NCBI GenBank assembly: GCA_043228905.1
Contig: JBHGNT010000009.1
Coordinates: 6,634,001 to 6,698,000, forward strand
Length of the DNA: 64,000 bases
Reading direction: 5' to 3'
Source of the DNA: Azolla caroliniana
Lineage: Eukaryota > Plantae > Polypodiophyta
Position numbers and translations under genes: made by a program
Shown here: positions 48,914 through 63,206 of the stretch, piece by piece
Layout: every line of letters starts with the position of its first letter
Numbering within the stretch: the stretch's first letter is position 1
Notes under the pieces: generated by a model
What the model saw: only the letters and a program-made list of their open reading frames with translations
Told to the model about the DNA's origin: nothing
The model's database searches: none

Positions 48914-51900
48914 GTTTATATATATATATGAGAGAGAGAGAAAGAGTACATGGGTGTCAGCTATTTTTGATCCATAACTCGTTGACTATATATCCAGAAC
49001 GATATCAGATAAGTTTATGTATTGGAAATCTGAGTCCACACCTCTTTTATATGCATCTGAAAGTGGTGGAAATCTATCATGATCCTATCCTATCTTTATT
49101 CATTATCCCTACATTATCTCTATTGCGAGGACATTGTAGGCTATTATAGATTGCAAGAAAAAGATTGACGGATATCTTATTTGCATGTGGTTAAATAGTG
49201 TTCGAATCTTTAAGTGTTACGCTTCAGTATTGGCATCTCATGGAAATGCATATGTTGCCTCATTAATTGGCATCATCCCCTTGCCAATAGAGAGACCAAA
49301 TTAGTTCTTTACAAAATAGAGGTTTTGGTGGATGTCCCTCTTGCATTTATTTCAATGAGAATGAAAATTATTCTCTCTTCAGGCCACAGTTGAGTCCTCT
49401 GGCTCAATTAGGAATTGTTTCGATTGAGGATGCTGAAGATACGGAAAATTCGATCAGAGATTCAATGTGTAGCCTCTGATTAAGGGCTTTCCTGAAGGTA
49501 ATGAGAGAGCGTATAGAATTCGCAAATTCTGCGGTTCTAGTATTTAATTGCAAAAAAACCATGGGATGATTGGTTCTCTCTGGACTAAACACCTCTATCT
49601 GAAGTGAAGACCCTGAGGTAGCCGCTTGAAAAGATCTCAAATTGAGTTGAAATTAAGATAACCAGAGGGATGGTAGCAAGGATTGCTAAATTGGGGATAG
49701 CATTTCTGTCTTCTGTCATAGCCCACCTCTTCGTATGGGGGTAGTCATGGGTGATCTACTGCTAGCAGTTTTATTACAAAGAAGACATGTTTCTGATGGC
49801 GTTTGCTTCTTCTCTATGGAGGTTTATCAATCAACATGAATAAAACTAAAGTGATGGTGTTTAACACCACCCAAGCATGGGTAACAAGATCAGAACCAGA
49901 ATTCTTCTTGGGAGAGGAAAAGGTGGAATACACACGCTCTTACACATACCTAGGAGTAACATTTACAGGACCTAGGTTCTCCTTACAGGAGGCCGCTTGT
50001 GCCCGACTTTCTCGTGGATATGCAGCCCTTGGTGCTCTCGAAAGACAATGTGCACATTTGCAGTTCCAAGAGCCACGGACTAGGCTGTGGTTATTTGATA
50101 CACTTGTCACACCAACTCTTCTCTATGGAGTAGAGACATGGGGACTGAGTCTTAACAAGGCAAATCATTGGAAAGATTTAGAGAGACCTTTAGTGTCAAT
50201 GATTGCTCGCATGATAAGGAGCAAAGCATCGGTGCCCCACGATATAATCCGGGCAGAGATGGGAGCAACACCTATAATAACCGAGGCATTGTTCCGATCA
50301 GTGACATTTATCCAACGTCTTTGGGAGCTCCCTAAACGAAGGTACCCAAGGTTGGCAATTATGTCATCAAGACAATTGGCTGAAAATGCAGACACTCACT
50401 GTTGGTATGCTGAAATGCAGCAATGGTTCGAGTCACATGGCATGAATATAAATGCACTACCCCCGTTCCAATATAGCTTGGAGTGTCCCCATCTCAATAT
50501 GACCAAAGTGTAAAAGAATAGAGTGATCCGAACTGATATTATTAACTTAGAAAACAAGATAACATGGATCAGCCCCAAAATAGCACTTGGTACAAAGATG
50601 GCCCACTATAAGACACACTTCTTACATACATCGGAGGATGGATTTGTCATAAGGCCACCTTATATGGACATACATCTATCCTATGCGCGGCGTAGTGTGA
50701 TAGGGCAGTTGCGAACCTCATCACATCAGCTACAGATTGAGGTGGGCAGATATACACGACTACCTCTAGAAGAGAGAATTTGCCAATTGTGTCATCAAGG
50801 AGTGGAATCTGAAGAACACTATGTTTGTCATTGTAGTGTCTTTTATGAAATCAGAGGGAGATACCATTGCCTCTTTAAACAAGGCTTTGGCCCACTACGC
50901 AAGGTAATGGAATATGAGGACCAAAGATGCCTAGGACTTTTCTTGCTCGAGCTCAAGAGACATCGGGAAAAGTTGTTGAAGAATACAACCACACAAGCTC
51001 ATCCACAAAGAACAATCACAACTTTCTTTAGCTCTATCACTCCTAATGCTAGAAGTCAACCCCAAGATACAGAAATGGGATCCAGACCAGGATATAACAA
51101 AGGGGTTACGATTGATCGGGCAATGGCAATTTGCCGTGCACGTAGGCCCCGGCCCCATGGACCACGACCTCGACACCCTTGTCATCGACAAATAAAAGCC
51201 ATTATCTCCCGCCATCGTAGGTGCTTCCCTCGCTTCGGAGACATTTCCATTCTGGATCGACCTATGATAGAGATCTTTCGGAGACAAAAGCTACAATACA
51301 CCAAACTTGAGAATCTCGCATGGGCCAAAAACCAGATTCTCTCGTCTCTTTTCTTTTCATCTTATTTACTTTTATATTTACTGTGTAATATTTACTTTAT
51401 TTTGATTTGTTCTCAAAGACGAGAAAACATTTAAGATGTAATCTCTTATTCGGTCTTATAGGCCATTTTGGCCTCTTAAAAGACGTTAATATATCTTTCT
51501 TTCTTTCTTTCTACAACATCACTTGAAGACTGCAGACATGAGTGTGTTTTCTGTCCAATTTCCTGCCGATGTGGACCTCAATTTCAGCTATCTGTGCCTT
51601 GAGGACTGGACTTTCTTTAGGTCCATTTCTGTGGGTTTTCCTAAAGGGGCTTCATCAATACCAGTTTGCATTTTACTTTCCTAGATATTGGGGACACAGA
51701 GTCCTTTCATTGTTCATGTCCAACTTCAAATTGTGTATCATATCCACCACTTGAAAAGTGATTTTCTCATGTAATTTGCATCTTTGCCATTGCTTTGGCA
51801 TTTGGCACTGGAAGAAGTGACTTTTTGTCATTTATGGATGCAAAATATCTGCCTCCCTGGTATGGCAGTTGTGTAATTGTTGGGGAAAGCAGATTATTAT

Positions 51901-52077
51901 TATCATAGGCCAAACTTGAAACAATTATATAAGAGCTATCTCTTCTCTATAACAAGTGGGGTTTTGGATTTTTGAAGCTTTTTATGATTATACAATGAGA
52001 ATGTGGGTTTTTGGTATTTGTTACATCCATAACCTCTGATGGATGCACAACACATATTTACCCATTTTTTGCCACAC

Positions 52078-52114
<37 letters not shown>

Positions 52115-55100
52115 TATTAACGTCTTCTAAGGCCAAATTTGGCCCATGAGACAAATGGTTTACAAAAAATGGGATATTTACCCATTCATCGAAAGTAAAA
52201 AAATCAAAATAAGATAAAAAATAGTTCTAAAAAAAAACATGTTCTACAATGAAAAGATGTTATACTAGGCCTAATTTCATTTCCATCCAAGACTCTCGAA
52301 GAGAAGTGGGAGGTCAAAGGGTTGCGATGTGGATGTGGCCCGTGGTCCCAATGTAAACGGTACCCCAACCATAGCTTCTAGTCGACGTAGCTCACGTTCC
52401 CTTATCTTCTTAATCTTTTCTACTCCACGTTGACTTGTTTTGAAGCCCAACATCCAAGGGCGTTTGGTTGTTCTTTGTATTTCTGCTTCCTCAAGGGAGA
52501 GGCTGAGCGGCGTAAGTGTATCCACATTCATCATCTCCCCTTGTTCCGGAAAAATTAAACTAGTTACATGTTGCTGAATAGTAAAAGGGTTACGATTAAC
52601 ACTTTGTAATTTATTCTCCCTATGTTGTTTTAGCTCTAAGATATACCTACCTAGTCTTTTTACACTCGGGGTATCTAATAGTTTGGAGAGGGTGGGAGAG
52701 GATCCTAATATGTCTTGGTATTCTGCTTGTATCTCGGCATAAGTTGGGCAGTTGCATGTGAAGTGATACTCATCCTCTATCGCTATGTGGCATAACCTAC
52801 ATAGCCTTTTCTCTCTAGGGACTCTATTAGCTCGACCATTCTCAATCTCAAGTTGGTGAGATGATATCCTAAGTTGTCCAATGGTCACCCTTAGTGCATT
52901 TGATAAGAATGTATCTAGATATCTTGGTCGTGTAATAAAACCTAACTTAGAGAAGTGCAAGAAGTGTTCCTTATAGTACAACATTTTAGAGGGGTGTGGC
53001 TCTCGTGGGGTGATCCATTTATATTGAGTGTAAATTTGCCATATTTCTTGGCGTATCACTTTATTACGGTCTTCATGAGAGATTAGAGTTTAATCAGTCC
53101 CATGGTTGTACTTAAGGGGAGGTAGGTTATTAATGTCTATGCCGTTTGCAAGTAACCAACTTACCACAATGCTATACCAAGAGCTAGTGTCTCCAGATGC
53201 ATGTAGGGATCAGGATGCCTCAAAGGCTCGACGGGATATCCTATCTTGTGGTTGGCTATGTATCCGATGAATAAAAACTACCATTTGAAAGAGTGCTTCT
53301 ACTAACATCGGGGGTAGACTAAACTCTGCTCTAATAATGTCATGCGGTATTGTCGATTTGCTTCGAAGTTGACGTGATAACATCGTCACCAAAGGTCTCT
53401 CTAATTGCGTCCACATGAAGGATGGTAGACATTGATTTGCATACATGAGGGAAGGGGTCACTAATGAGTCGAAGAGCCATCCCTTAGTCCGTGGCTCTTG
53501 AAAGTATGCCTGTTGGCATTGTCTCTCTAAGAGTGAGAGGGATGCATACCCTCTCGTTAGCCTATCTTTGGCTGCTTGGGTCATCGAGAATTTACCCGAG
53601 CGAGCACTAAAAGTGACTCCCAAGTATACATATGATCCCACTACCTCAACTAATTTATGAGAGAGGGTTAGGTGACATTTACTCCTAACTCGGGACAATG
53701 TATGAAAGATAAGGACTTTAGTTTTCGTTAGATTCACTACCAGTCCTTGTTGTGTACAAAAGTCATCTAGGGCATTAAGATGCTTTTGTAGGTCGTGTTC
53801 CGACTCCGAGAGCAAGATAATTTCGTCTGCATAGAGTAAGAGACTAACTTGCGTATCCCCAATAACTACTCCCTTGCCTCCCTTTCGAGCAATAAAATCA
53901 GTGATCTCATCAATGTAGATCCCAAAAAGAGTCCATGACAAGGGGCAACCCTGTTTTACACCAATGGTGCTAGTGAAACAATCGGATAGGCCACCTGGGT
54001 ATCGTACGCACCCAAATACTTGCTCATATAAGGCATAAATGGCCCAGATCATGTCATTTGGTATCTCCAAGCTCTTAAGTCTATCAAACAACCTCTCCCT
54101 AGGAACCGTGTCAAAGGCTTTGCGGAAGTCCACAAAGCAACAATATAGTTTCTTCTTACGAGCCTTCGTCTGGTCAATTAAGCACCTAAGTGTGAAGATA
54201 TGGTCAACAGAGGGATCTTTCATGTTGCGGAGGTTAGATATGATTATTTTGTCCGTGTGTAACTATGTTAAGTAATTAAGTCTATGGTTAAGATTCTGAT
54301 GAAGTCATTATGGGATAAAAAAAGAACTTTGATGGCCATCTCCCTTACGGAGAAAGGGACTTTTTGGTTCTTTTTTAGCTTTCCTGTACATTCTAATACC
54401 TTTTCGGGATATGCAATCACTGGCAATGACAGGGAGTGGTCTTTTCATGTTCGAACGGCCAAATATAACCCACATTAACCCAAAAAAAAACACTGAGATC
54501 TATCTTCCCTATAAAGGAAACAAGTTTTGGGTCTTTATTAGCCGGTCTTTACACTCTAATAATAGTTAATCAAGATATATTTGCAATGCCAATGACATGT
54601 GCGAACTTTTGCTGAAACTTCTTTTGGAGTCTGTAACAGCTCTCAAGCATTGAGGAATCTTTCCCTAAATATTTTTATGCTGACCGGAGAAAGATTGAAA
54701 CATCATATGATCCAATTTGAGCAAGACCCAGAACATTATATCTATGCACATAAATGTGATCACCGTCATTATCAACTTAACATGATAGACAATGTTATGT
54801 ATTGCTCTTCACATGAGTTTGTTGGAGCATTTTTATTTAAACTCCATTTCTGTTTATAGTTCCTCTTGTGCAATTAGAAATTTTATTGTCACATTTTTGG
54901 CTGTGTAAACAAAAACAAAATTTGGCATTATACCTCAAACATTTCGTCATAATTTGTTTAACTATTCTATTCTCTCTGACATTCCCACCATACCCAAATA
55001 TGCCTATTGAAATTACAATCAAGCTGAAAAGAAAGGGAAAGGGTATCAAGAACGTTTTTTTCTTGTTTTTTGGTCTTTTAGAAATTAGGTGATAGTAAAT

Positions 55101-55633
55101 AAGGAATAATGTTTCAAATTTTGTTCAGACTCTATGTTTATCAAATTATTTTCTGATGCAATGTGAATTTGAATTTTATGTGTATAGTTAGCAAAACTGG
55201 AGAAAGTATGGCAGGAAAGCAGAGGATCTATTCCTTCTGAGAAGATCTTGCAAGGCTTGGTCGAGAAATTCAGGTCTCCTTCCTTTTATATAAGAAAGTT
55301 TGAATGTTCATCTTGTATATATCTACGTAAGTACTGATCTTATCTCTTAATCAGAAAAAAGTAAATATATGTAATTTCTGGAGATATTTATATATGTGCA
55401 TTTAAGTACATCTATATATTATGATAGTTGTCATCTGACTTTATGGAAATATCAGCTTGTTACAATCAGGAGATTGTATTGACATAGATGTATTTATTGC
55501 AGCAAAGCTCGGGAGCAAGATGGAATGATGATGGTGAAGAGGGGGCAGGTTTGTTATCATTGAAAAAAGCATGTTTACAATGTATACTTGAAATGTACAA
55601 CATAATTTTAATATATTTATACAAACATAATTT

Positions 55634-55673
<40 letters not shown>

Positions 55674-58364
55674 CATATATGTGTGTGTGTGTGTATGTAT
55701 ATGTTCAACATTTTTGTAATATTTATATTTCTACACTTCAAGGTGAGTCATTGGTTCCAAAATCGAAGATGGTATATACGGAAGAAGGAGGCGGAAAAAC
55801 AAACTCAAATATTACCAAAAGAGGATTTGCCAAACAGAGTTGAAGCTACCTCTAGTGCAACTTTACCAGGTATCTTATGTTTGTGTTTGCTTGTATCTAG
55901 CATTATTGAATTTGTGTACTTACTTCATTAATATATAAAATTGTACATTTCATAAAATGTACAGATGAGATAGACATCACTAAAATGGAGTTTGAGGCAA
56001 AGTCATCCAAGGATGGTGCATGGTATATCTTTCTTTAAGAATCAAAATTCAAACCAAACTCACATGTATCTGTATATATCTGTTTTCAATGTCCAACTTA
56101 TTTAGACATTATGTGTGTTTTCATGATACAGGTATGATGTGCATGCATTCTTGGGTCACAGGATGCTAAATTCTGGAGATCCGGTATGCATTTGTACCAT
56201 ATCAAAATGTTATGTTGGCTACAATGTAGCTCAGTGCTTTGTTCAATTATATTGCCTATGCAACAACTAATACTATTATTTAAAAGTCACAATTCCTTGA
56301 ATGGAAATGTGACCTTGTTATTTATTGTATGAAAATCTGCTATTTTGGTGGCATACTTTATTCCCATGTAAAAATACATATAGGAGTGTGTTACATATAA
56401 AACACTTGAGGCCAGAACTTGAATTTCACAATTTTATTCTGTCTGTCTCTATATGTTCATTTAGTGTTGAATATGAAAAATATATTACAAGAAAAGATTA
56501 TGTACTAAACTGAGACTTTGAATGGATATGCTAAGGTGGAAAACCTTGGAGAGAGAATACAATGAGAGATGAAAGAAACACTGAATTCGTTCAGCATAAT
56601 CAACAAATCCTCACATTTTTTCACCGGCACCGTCTTTTTGAATATGGGGAATTAATTTGTTAATCCATATGCTGCAGGAAGTTAGGGTACGGTTTGTTGG
56701 TTACGGTGCCGAGGATGATGAATGGGTAAATGTTAAGGCTGCGATTCGGCAACGGTCTGTGCCATATGAATCATCAGAATGCATCTCTGTTTTCCCTGGA
56801 GAAATCGTTCTCTGCTTTCAGGTCTCTTTGTCTAAATGTAAAAAGAAAATTATAAACCATTTATAATATTTTGTTTTGACCCATTTTCAGTTAAAGGCAT
56901 GTTCTAAGAAGAAGCTGTTTTAATGTCTCAGGAGGCAAATAAGCAGGCGCTTTACTATGATGCATGTGTGGTTGATGTTGAGAGGAGGAAACATGATATT
57001 AGAGGCTGTAGATGCAAATTTGTGGTTCAATATGAGCACAGTGGATCCATGGTAATTTATGTTTTTTGTTTGTTCTTAATGATTTCTGTTGCTCATTGAT
57101 GCCATTGGTTGATGATTCTATCCAAAGGTCTAGGGTTTTCCCGTTTTTAATGTTACTAATATAGGCTACATACAGTGAAGAAGAGCTTAGATATTGTTGA
57201 GGTTCATATCAAGTGTACATGAGCTAATATGGAACCTGTGTATTCCTTGTGCGATCTCATTGTGATGCCTTTCATAAATAGATCACTTCAAACTAAACTG
57301 CTGTAAACCAAAAAACTGTTTGTGTAACCCATTTTTGGCACGTTCAATCTTTCTTCCTGCTATTGTCACTACAAAGAATCCTCTATAGTATCCCATGGCA
57401 ATAACACAGAGATCCTAGCCTTAGATCTGTTGATGTTTCTATCTGACAAGTGATTCTCCCATTGCCTTAGACATTACTGACATCATGCTTTTCTGAAAGT
57501 TTGCACAGCTTCTTAGTGTTTGACTAAGTTGTTTGGATGCTTTTTCTCTAAGCACATATTGAGGTTTGAACTCCTGTGAAAACAAAATAGAGAGATATCT
57601 TGCCCGTGACCTTATACATGTTTCAAAAACATGTATACTATAATTATGGCATATGCAGGCGTATCCCTATAAATAGTACATTGCAATCATGTTTATTGTA
57701 ATGTATAATGAATGCTGATGGCATTCTGGTCACCGTTCTTTTTCCTTCTTAATGGAGGTAGAACTCTGTTTCCTTACATATTTGACGTCATTGTTAGTGG
57801 CTCTTATCCCTGTGAATGCAGCCTTTGGTTCTTAGATTTTTGTAGTATCCATCATGAATAATAAGTCTCGTATTTTCTCTACATGGCAACATGCCCTTTT
57901 TCTTGTCTTAATGAGGTTGAGTCACAAGCTTCTTCTTTTTTCTCAATGGGGACTTTGATTCCCACATTCTTTTCTCCCTTAAACCTTACATTCTTACTGG
58001 GAGTCGAACTCTTGAGCAATGGTTGTCATAGCAAGGGTCCAAACCAGTTGACTGACTCCCTAGCTCCATATCTAAATATTTTGTGTTTGGTAATCTCTGT
58101 GATGACTTCTTGCCTTCTGTCATGAATGTTGTTTCAGGGATCTGTGTTATTTTTGTGAAATCTACTCCTTGGTACTTGGAATATCATTTACATGCACAAT
58201 ATTGAGTTACTTCCCTTTTATTTTGTCTTTTTCAGGGTGTTCTGCCATTAAAAAAACTATGCCGACGGCCTGAAGCAGAGCATAGACCTATTGAATCCAC
58301 AACAGCTACAAATTCTAGCAAGCAAAAATCGGATTTGTGTCAAGAGCTGGACAAATATCATTGA
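48700..58364 (+). CDS. SHH: SAWADEE homeodomain homolog (SHH1/SHH2-like RdDM chromatin reader), 9 exons
   Basis: Exons start at 48700 ([19 protein letters not shown]), ~55188 (LAKLEKVW...LVEKFS), ~55503, ~55743 (VSHWFQNRR homeodomain helix 3), ~55965 ([12 protein letters not shown]), ~56132 ([10 protein letters not shown]), ~56678 ([20 protein letters not shown]...RQRS...SEC...LCFQ), ~56932 (ALYYDA...[13 protein letters not shown]) and 58236 (LKKLCRRPE...*). GT-AG joins are in frame and the N-terminus is SHH2-like. Confidence 0.93.
48785..48942 (+). repeat. (TACA)n/(TA)n/(GA)n compound microsatellite in SHH intron 1
   Basis: Direct reading. Confidence 0.9.
49820..51512 (+). mobile_element. 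5'-truncated RTE-like LINE in SHH intron 1
   Basis: ORFs 49803-50513 ([27 protein letters not shown]) and 50523-51434 (CQLC...[10 protein letters not shown]); (TTTC)n tail. Confidence 0.9.
52079..54222 (-). mobile_element. 5'-truncated RTE-like LINE in SHH intron 1
   Basis: RT ORF 53210-54223 ([30 protein letters not shown]) and C-terminal ORF 52277-53059; (TTTC)n tail on the minus strand. Confidence 0.92.
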
Positions 58365-60306
58365 CTCTGATGCTTTGACTTACAAAGGTTTGTGCATTGA
58401 GCTGGCACAATAGCATTGGCTTTGACACATCAACAGAATAGTCATCTCATTTATGCTAAGTCAAAAGCGCACAGCCCTGAGATGGTAGTATCATTGATTG
58501 ACATTGATGCATTGACAAAAAGTCTAATCTCACTGGCAGAGTGATTTTGGGTTTGGAAGGCAACTCAAATCAGGCTCACTTAAATGAGCTGTTGGTTGGC
58601 TTTACATTTTGTTGAGGTGATTTTTTTTTGTGTGAATATTTGACCTATGGTATTGTCTACAGTTAGTGAGGGTGCCAATTTTGAATTGTTCAATTTGTAA
58701 TCCCAATCCACATCACTTAATATATAAGAGACGATCGAGAATATAGAAGAACTTGTGTTCAACTGCTCCACCAAATTTTGTTGCGAGCGTATGTCGATGT
58801 GAACTACCTTTCAACATCTTGGCTCACAGAAGCTACCAAATTCACAATAGATAATTTTCTCCATTATTTGTCTGAGCACTTACTTTTTTCAGAAATTCAA
58901 GGTCCATATGGCATTGTATATTTTGGAAACTAGAAAGACATCTGCCTCCCTGTTGATTTGGTACAGCCAACATCTCTTGGATTCATTATAAAAAAAAATG
59001 CCAATTATCCTACATCGATTGTCTGTTAACACAATGCTCATAAAAGGGTAATGATACCTTTTTGAGACTTGGAAGCAGCTTTTGTTGCAGAAGAATAAGG
59101 AACCTTGTTCTGACATGTTCGAGAATCATCAAACCTTGTTCAAACATGTGGTACAACATATGTGCCACATCCTTGTTGATTCTTTTGTAGAATCTGCTGA
59201 TGAGATGATAACTATTACTACTTGGGTTTGTGTAGGTGAATAATTTTCATCTATCATTTTTGTAGCTGGTTTCATGGTTCCACATTGAGTATGGATTTTA
59301 CATCCAATAGTATCTAATGATCCTAGTGGGCTATAGATTTTTATTCAAGCCCCTCAAATGACATACCTCTTGAATGGTGCAAAGTATACCCTCAGACATC
59401 TTCACTTTTGTGGTTCTCTTGCTTGCCATCATGGTGACACTTGCCATCTTTGTATGTTTGGATTTTGATGTACTTTGTTTCGATATTGTAATTGTTGAAC
59501 TCTTGATCTATATACTAAACAAGATTAATTAGTTTAATAAATTCTTAATTACAAGAAAATAGGAGTCCATAAAGAATCAATACTATTACATGTTTCTCCA
59601 TACTAATATAGATACAAAATAAAGATATTGAGAGATATATCTTGTCTTGTCCTTTGTGGCAGTGATGGCATTGACTCATTACAACTTGGCATTCGCCTTC
59701 TGTGATCACTTGATGAGTTGCCCTTTTTCTTGCTGAGCTTGCCCTTTAGTTGTCATGTTTTCTCATTTGGCCTTGCCCGTCTTTTTCCATCCAAGCTTTT
59801 ATGGGTTGAGCAATGTCATGCTTATTGCAAGCATTGCAATCTCTTACTGTATATTTGTCACAAGCCCCTCAACTACATAAAATGGAGCTTTAGCACTTAA
59901 TGGAGTGTCGGTGGTGCCAACCCTTAGTGATTGTATTATCTTCTTAGTTAGTAGGGAGAAATTTAGGCAATCGTTCTATATGTCCTTTTGATTCTTCTCC
60001 CATTGCAATAGTTCTCATTATCATTGCTAATCAATGGAATAGAAAGATTGCCTTATTGTTATATTTGTAAGTGAGGCGGACGTAAACAAGCATTGATATC
60101 CACGAGTTAACACTTAATGGTTTCAAGCTACAATTTTAAAGGTAATTTCTTTTTGTATTTTAACTTTTGATCAATTATATAATTATTTGTTTTTATATGG
60201 AATGTAGTAAAATATCAAGGTTTATGGCATAAGCTCAACACAAAACTAAAGCCTACAAATAATTATTTCACTAATATGAAATTTTAATGTGTATCGTTAT
60301 TATTAA

Positions 60307-60699
60307 CAATTGGGAGTGTCTACACCAAACCGGTTTAAAACCGAATTGTTTAAAAATTTTGAAACTTGAACCAAACCAAACCAAACCAAACCAAACCATG
60401 AAACCATGTAAACCAAAACTGTTTAAACCAAACCGTTACAAAATTTCAAACCGTTAAAACCACGGTTTCGGTTTTTAAGGTTAGGTAAAAATTCAAATTT
60501 TCATTTTTTATTTTCCATTTTAAAAAATTTAAAGATTTTCCTAAAATGTGAGAATTAGCTTAAAAATGAAAAGGTTGTTTAAAAAAATAATTTAAAAAAG
60601 TCAATTGGCAACCCTAAACCAGCAAACTGTTTTAACCAAACCGAAACGGAACCATTAAAAAAAACTTGAACCTTAATTGAACCGAACTGTTGCTTATTG
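60307..60699. mobile_element. AAACC-rich MITE-like element related in style to 15879-16342
   Basis: Dense AAACC(G)/CGGTTT motifs and degraded CAAT...ATTG ends; no TSD seen. Confidence 0.55.
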
Positions 60700-63206
60700 T
60701 TAATTATTATCATGAGTAATAATGACAAATGCAACAATTTGGTCAAGGGTTCTTAAAGATTTTACTTGATTTTGAGGAATCATTGTCAACAATTCAAAAA
60801 CATTAATAATAAAGAGGAAGAAGAGCTTGAGAAACTTAAAGCTCTTATTATATCATATAACATCTAAGATTGATTCTAGGCCTTTCATTCCATTTTTCCC
60901 TCACATTTTCTAATTTGCTTTCTTCCACCTCATCTTGGAGGTTATAGCCCTTTAGCATCACCAATGCACAAGAAACTTCACTTTTATAAATGATTTGGAA
61001 CCTCAAAAAATAATGACTCTATAATTTTGATTAGGTTGAAGTGTCTTCATGTTTTGAAACTAGATGCTTTTACAATTTCTAAAAAAAAAGGACATGCACA
61101 ACAACATGGAAAAAAGGCAGAATTTAGAGGGGCTGTCCTATTAGATTGATAAGCAAGTGCGTATTGGATATAAATGGACAAATGATTGTATTGTTGTTTA
61201 AGATTCTCACAACATAGTTGCAAATGAATAGGAGTTTAGGACCTTTTATGAAAAAAACTCAATTCTATCCTAACTAGACATCAATTTAATGCAAATACCG
61301 CTCATATGAAGACAACTAGATATTGCTTACCTATTTATCCTATTAGCTCTAAGTCGCATAAAGAAGAGTTTCCAAATAAGTCCATGATGATACAAGGGTT
61401 TTGAAAAAATTTGACCAAGAAGGAAGAAACACTTAAACTATAGAAAAGAAATTTTACAATGTTCCACTAAAATCACCTTCGTATATGTACAAAAAGTTTC
61501 TATATATCCTCATTCATATTTGCACGAGTGGGTCCGAAGTGTTTACAAAATGTGGGAAATGATGTATGGTCCCATGCACAAAAGCTAATATCTCATGAAA
61601 ATAGTGGTAGACACCTCTGCAACGCTCTCTCCTATGAATGATGAGGAAGGGGGTCGTATTTGGAGTCTAAGCTCACAACACATTTTTCATTGTGTCCACT
61701 TCGTTATTACATAAGTCAGGCAAAAGTAGGCACTGGGAAGATACAAACTTAGATGTTGGCACGAGAGTGTATATATGTATATCTCTAAATAAGAGTAGAA
61801 ATTGTGATTTCCAAAGAGTATTGTAGGGGGTGGGGGGTTAATGGAGGGGCTAGTTAAAAATAGTTATTCATGAGGGAGTTATGACATGACATGATTCAAA
61901 TCGGAGAGTTTGACAAAATATAACTCATATGGTGGTTTGGTGGGGACAACTTATAAGGTTCCTTTCGAAATCATAAAGTCAACCTCTATAGATGGCTTAT
62001 GAATGATAATTATTGTATGATGCTCACGGCTTACAAAGCAAAATATCTCTTTGCAAAAAATCATTTAAAAACAATGGTCACATTCATAAATATAATAATA
62101 ATAACAAACAAACATAAACCTCATAAGTAAACACATAATGTACAGTTGGTTGAGCACAAATTCTTCAAGGGCCGAATTTAACAAACCCACAACGTGCTCT
62201 CAAACTTTGCATAATTATGATTGAATGGTGAGCAAGAATTTGAATCCAAATTGGACAACCTATGGTGTCTGCGTTTGGCAAACATAGAACTCGACACAAC
62301 TATGTGTCCCCCCTCTGAGAAACATGGCACCCTTACTTAATACCAACCATACTTCCTAGCAACTAATCGGTTACCCATATTTTCATCGCCAATCACTAGT
62401 ATTGAACAACCATCATCATTTGCTTGACATGTTGCCACTACCTCTTCAATTATTCCACAACCAATTATTGCAAAACTATCAATGACTAACTAAAGGGTGG
62501 GTAGAGGCCTCTTTTAATATATAGACGACACATCTAGGATGGGTGTCTATCTCTTATGTTACAAACCTATCCCATGCTCCAAACCTTAAGAAGTCTAGTA
62601 TATGGTAATGGCTTTGCCTTTGGGAGTTTGAAGCAATTTGGAACTTCCACATGTAGCCTTTTAATGCCAATAATGAACCCTGGCATTTGCATTAATGCTC
62701 CTCCTCACACCATGGTTTATGAAAACCAAAAGTTAACCTTAAAATTCAAGGTTTTTTAGTATGTGTGGAATGGAGGGAAACTCACTAGTAGGAAGTGGAA
62801 GTCTTTGGAAGTGAGTAATGGTGCATGATTCCCTCCCCTTCAAGAAGTGGACCTTAGGAAAAGGTAAAGTTAGAAAGAGAAACACTCACTAGATTCTTTA
62901 TAGCTTTCCAATATCATCATTTTCAACGAGATATATCCACAATGCTATCACATTGATCCAAACTTCCAACTCAAAAATGATCAAAAGACTCATGCAGGGT
63001 AGCCCAAATCAACCAAATTGGCCATGCTTTACTAAGCATATAAGCTAATTTGGAGCCATCACATCTCTTGTACTATGCACATTACCTAAGTGGGTTCTTT
63101 CACCCAAATTGGGGTGCATACCCTGAAGTATTTATGTATATGTAACCTTATGAATTGAGCCCATATCATAAACATTTTTCACCATACAGTTGTGTTTTCT
63201 TCCAAA

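Noticed and set aside
48757-49149. Extension of the 149-aa ORF with HTYI repeats
   Set aside because: Read-through into the intron 1 microsatellite; the true exon ends at 48756.
49404-49640. Minus-strand ORF, possibly a LINE ORF1 remnant
   Set aside because: No recognisable motif; cannot assign.
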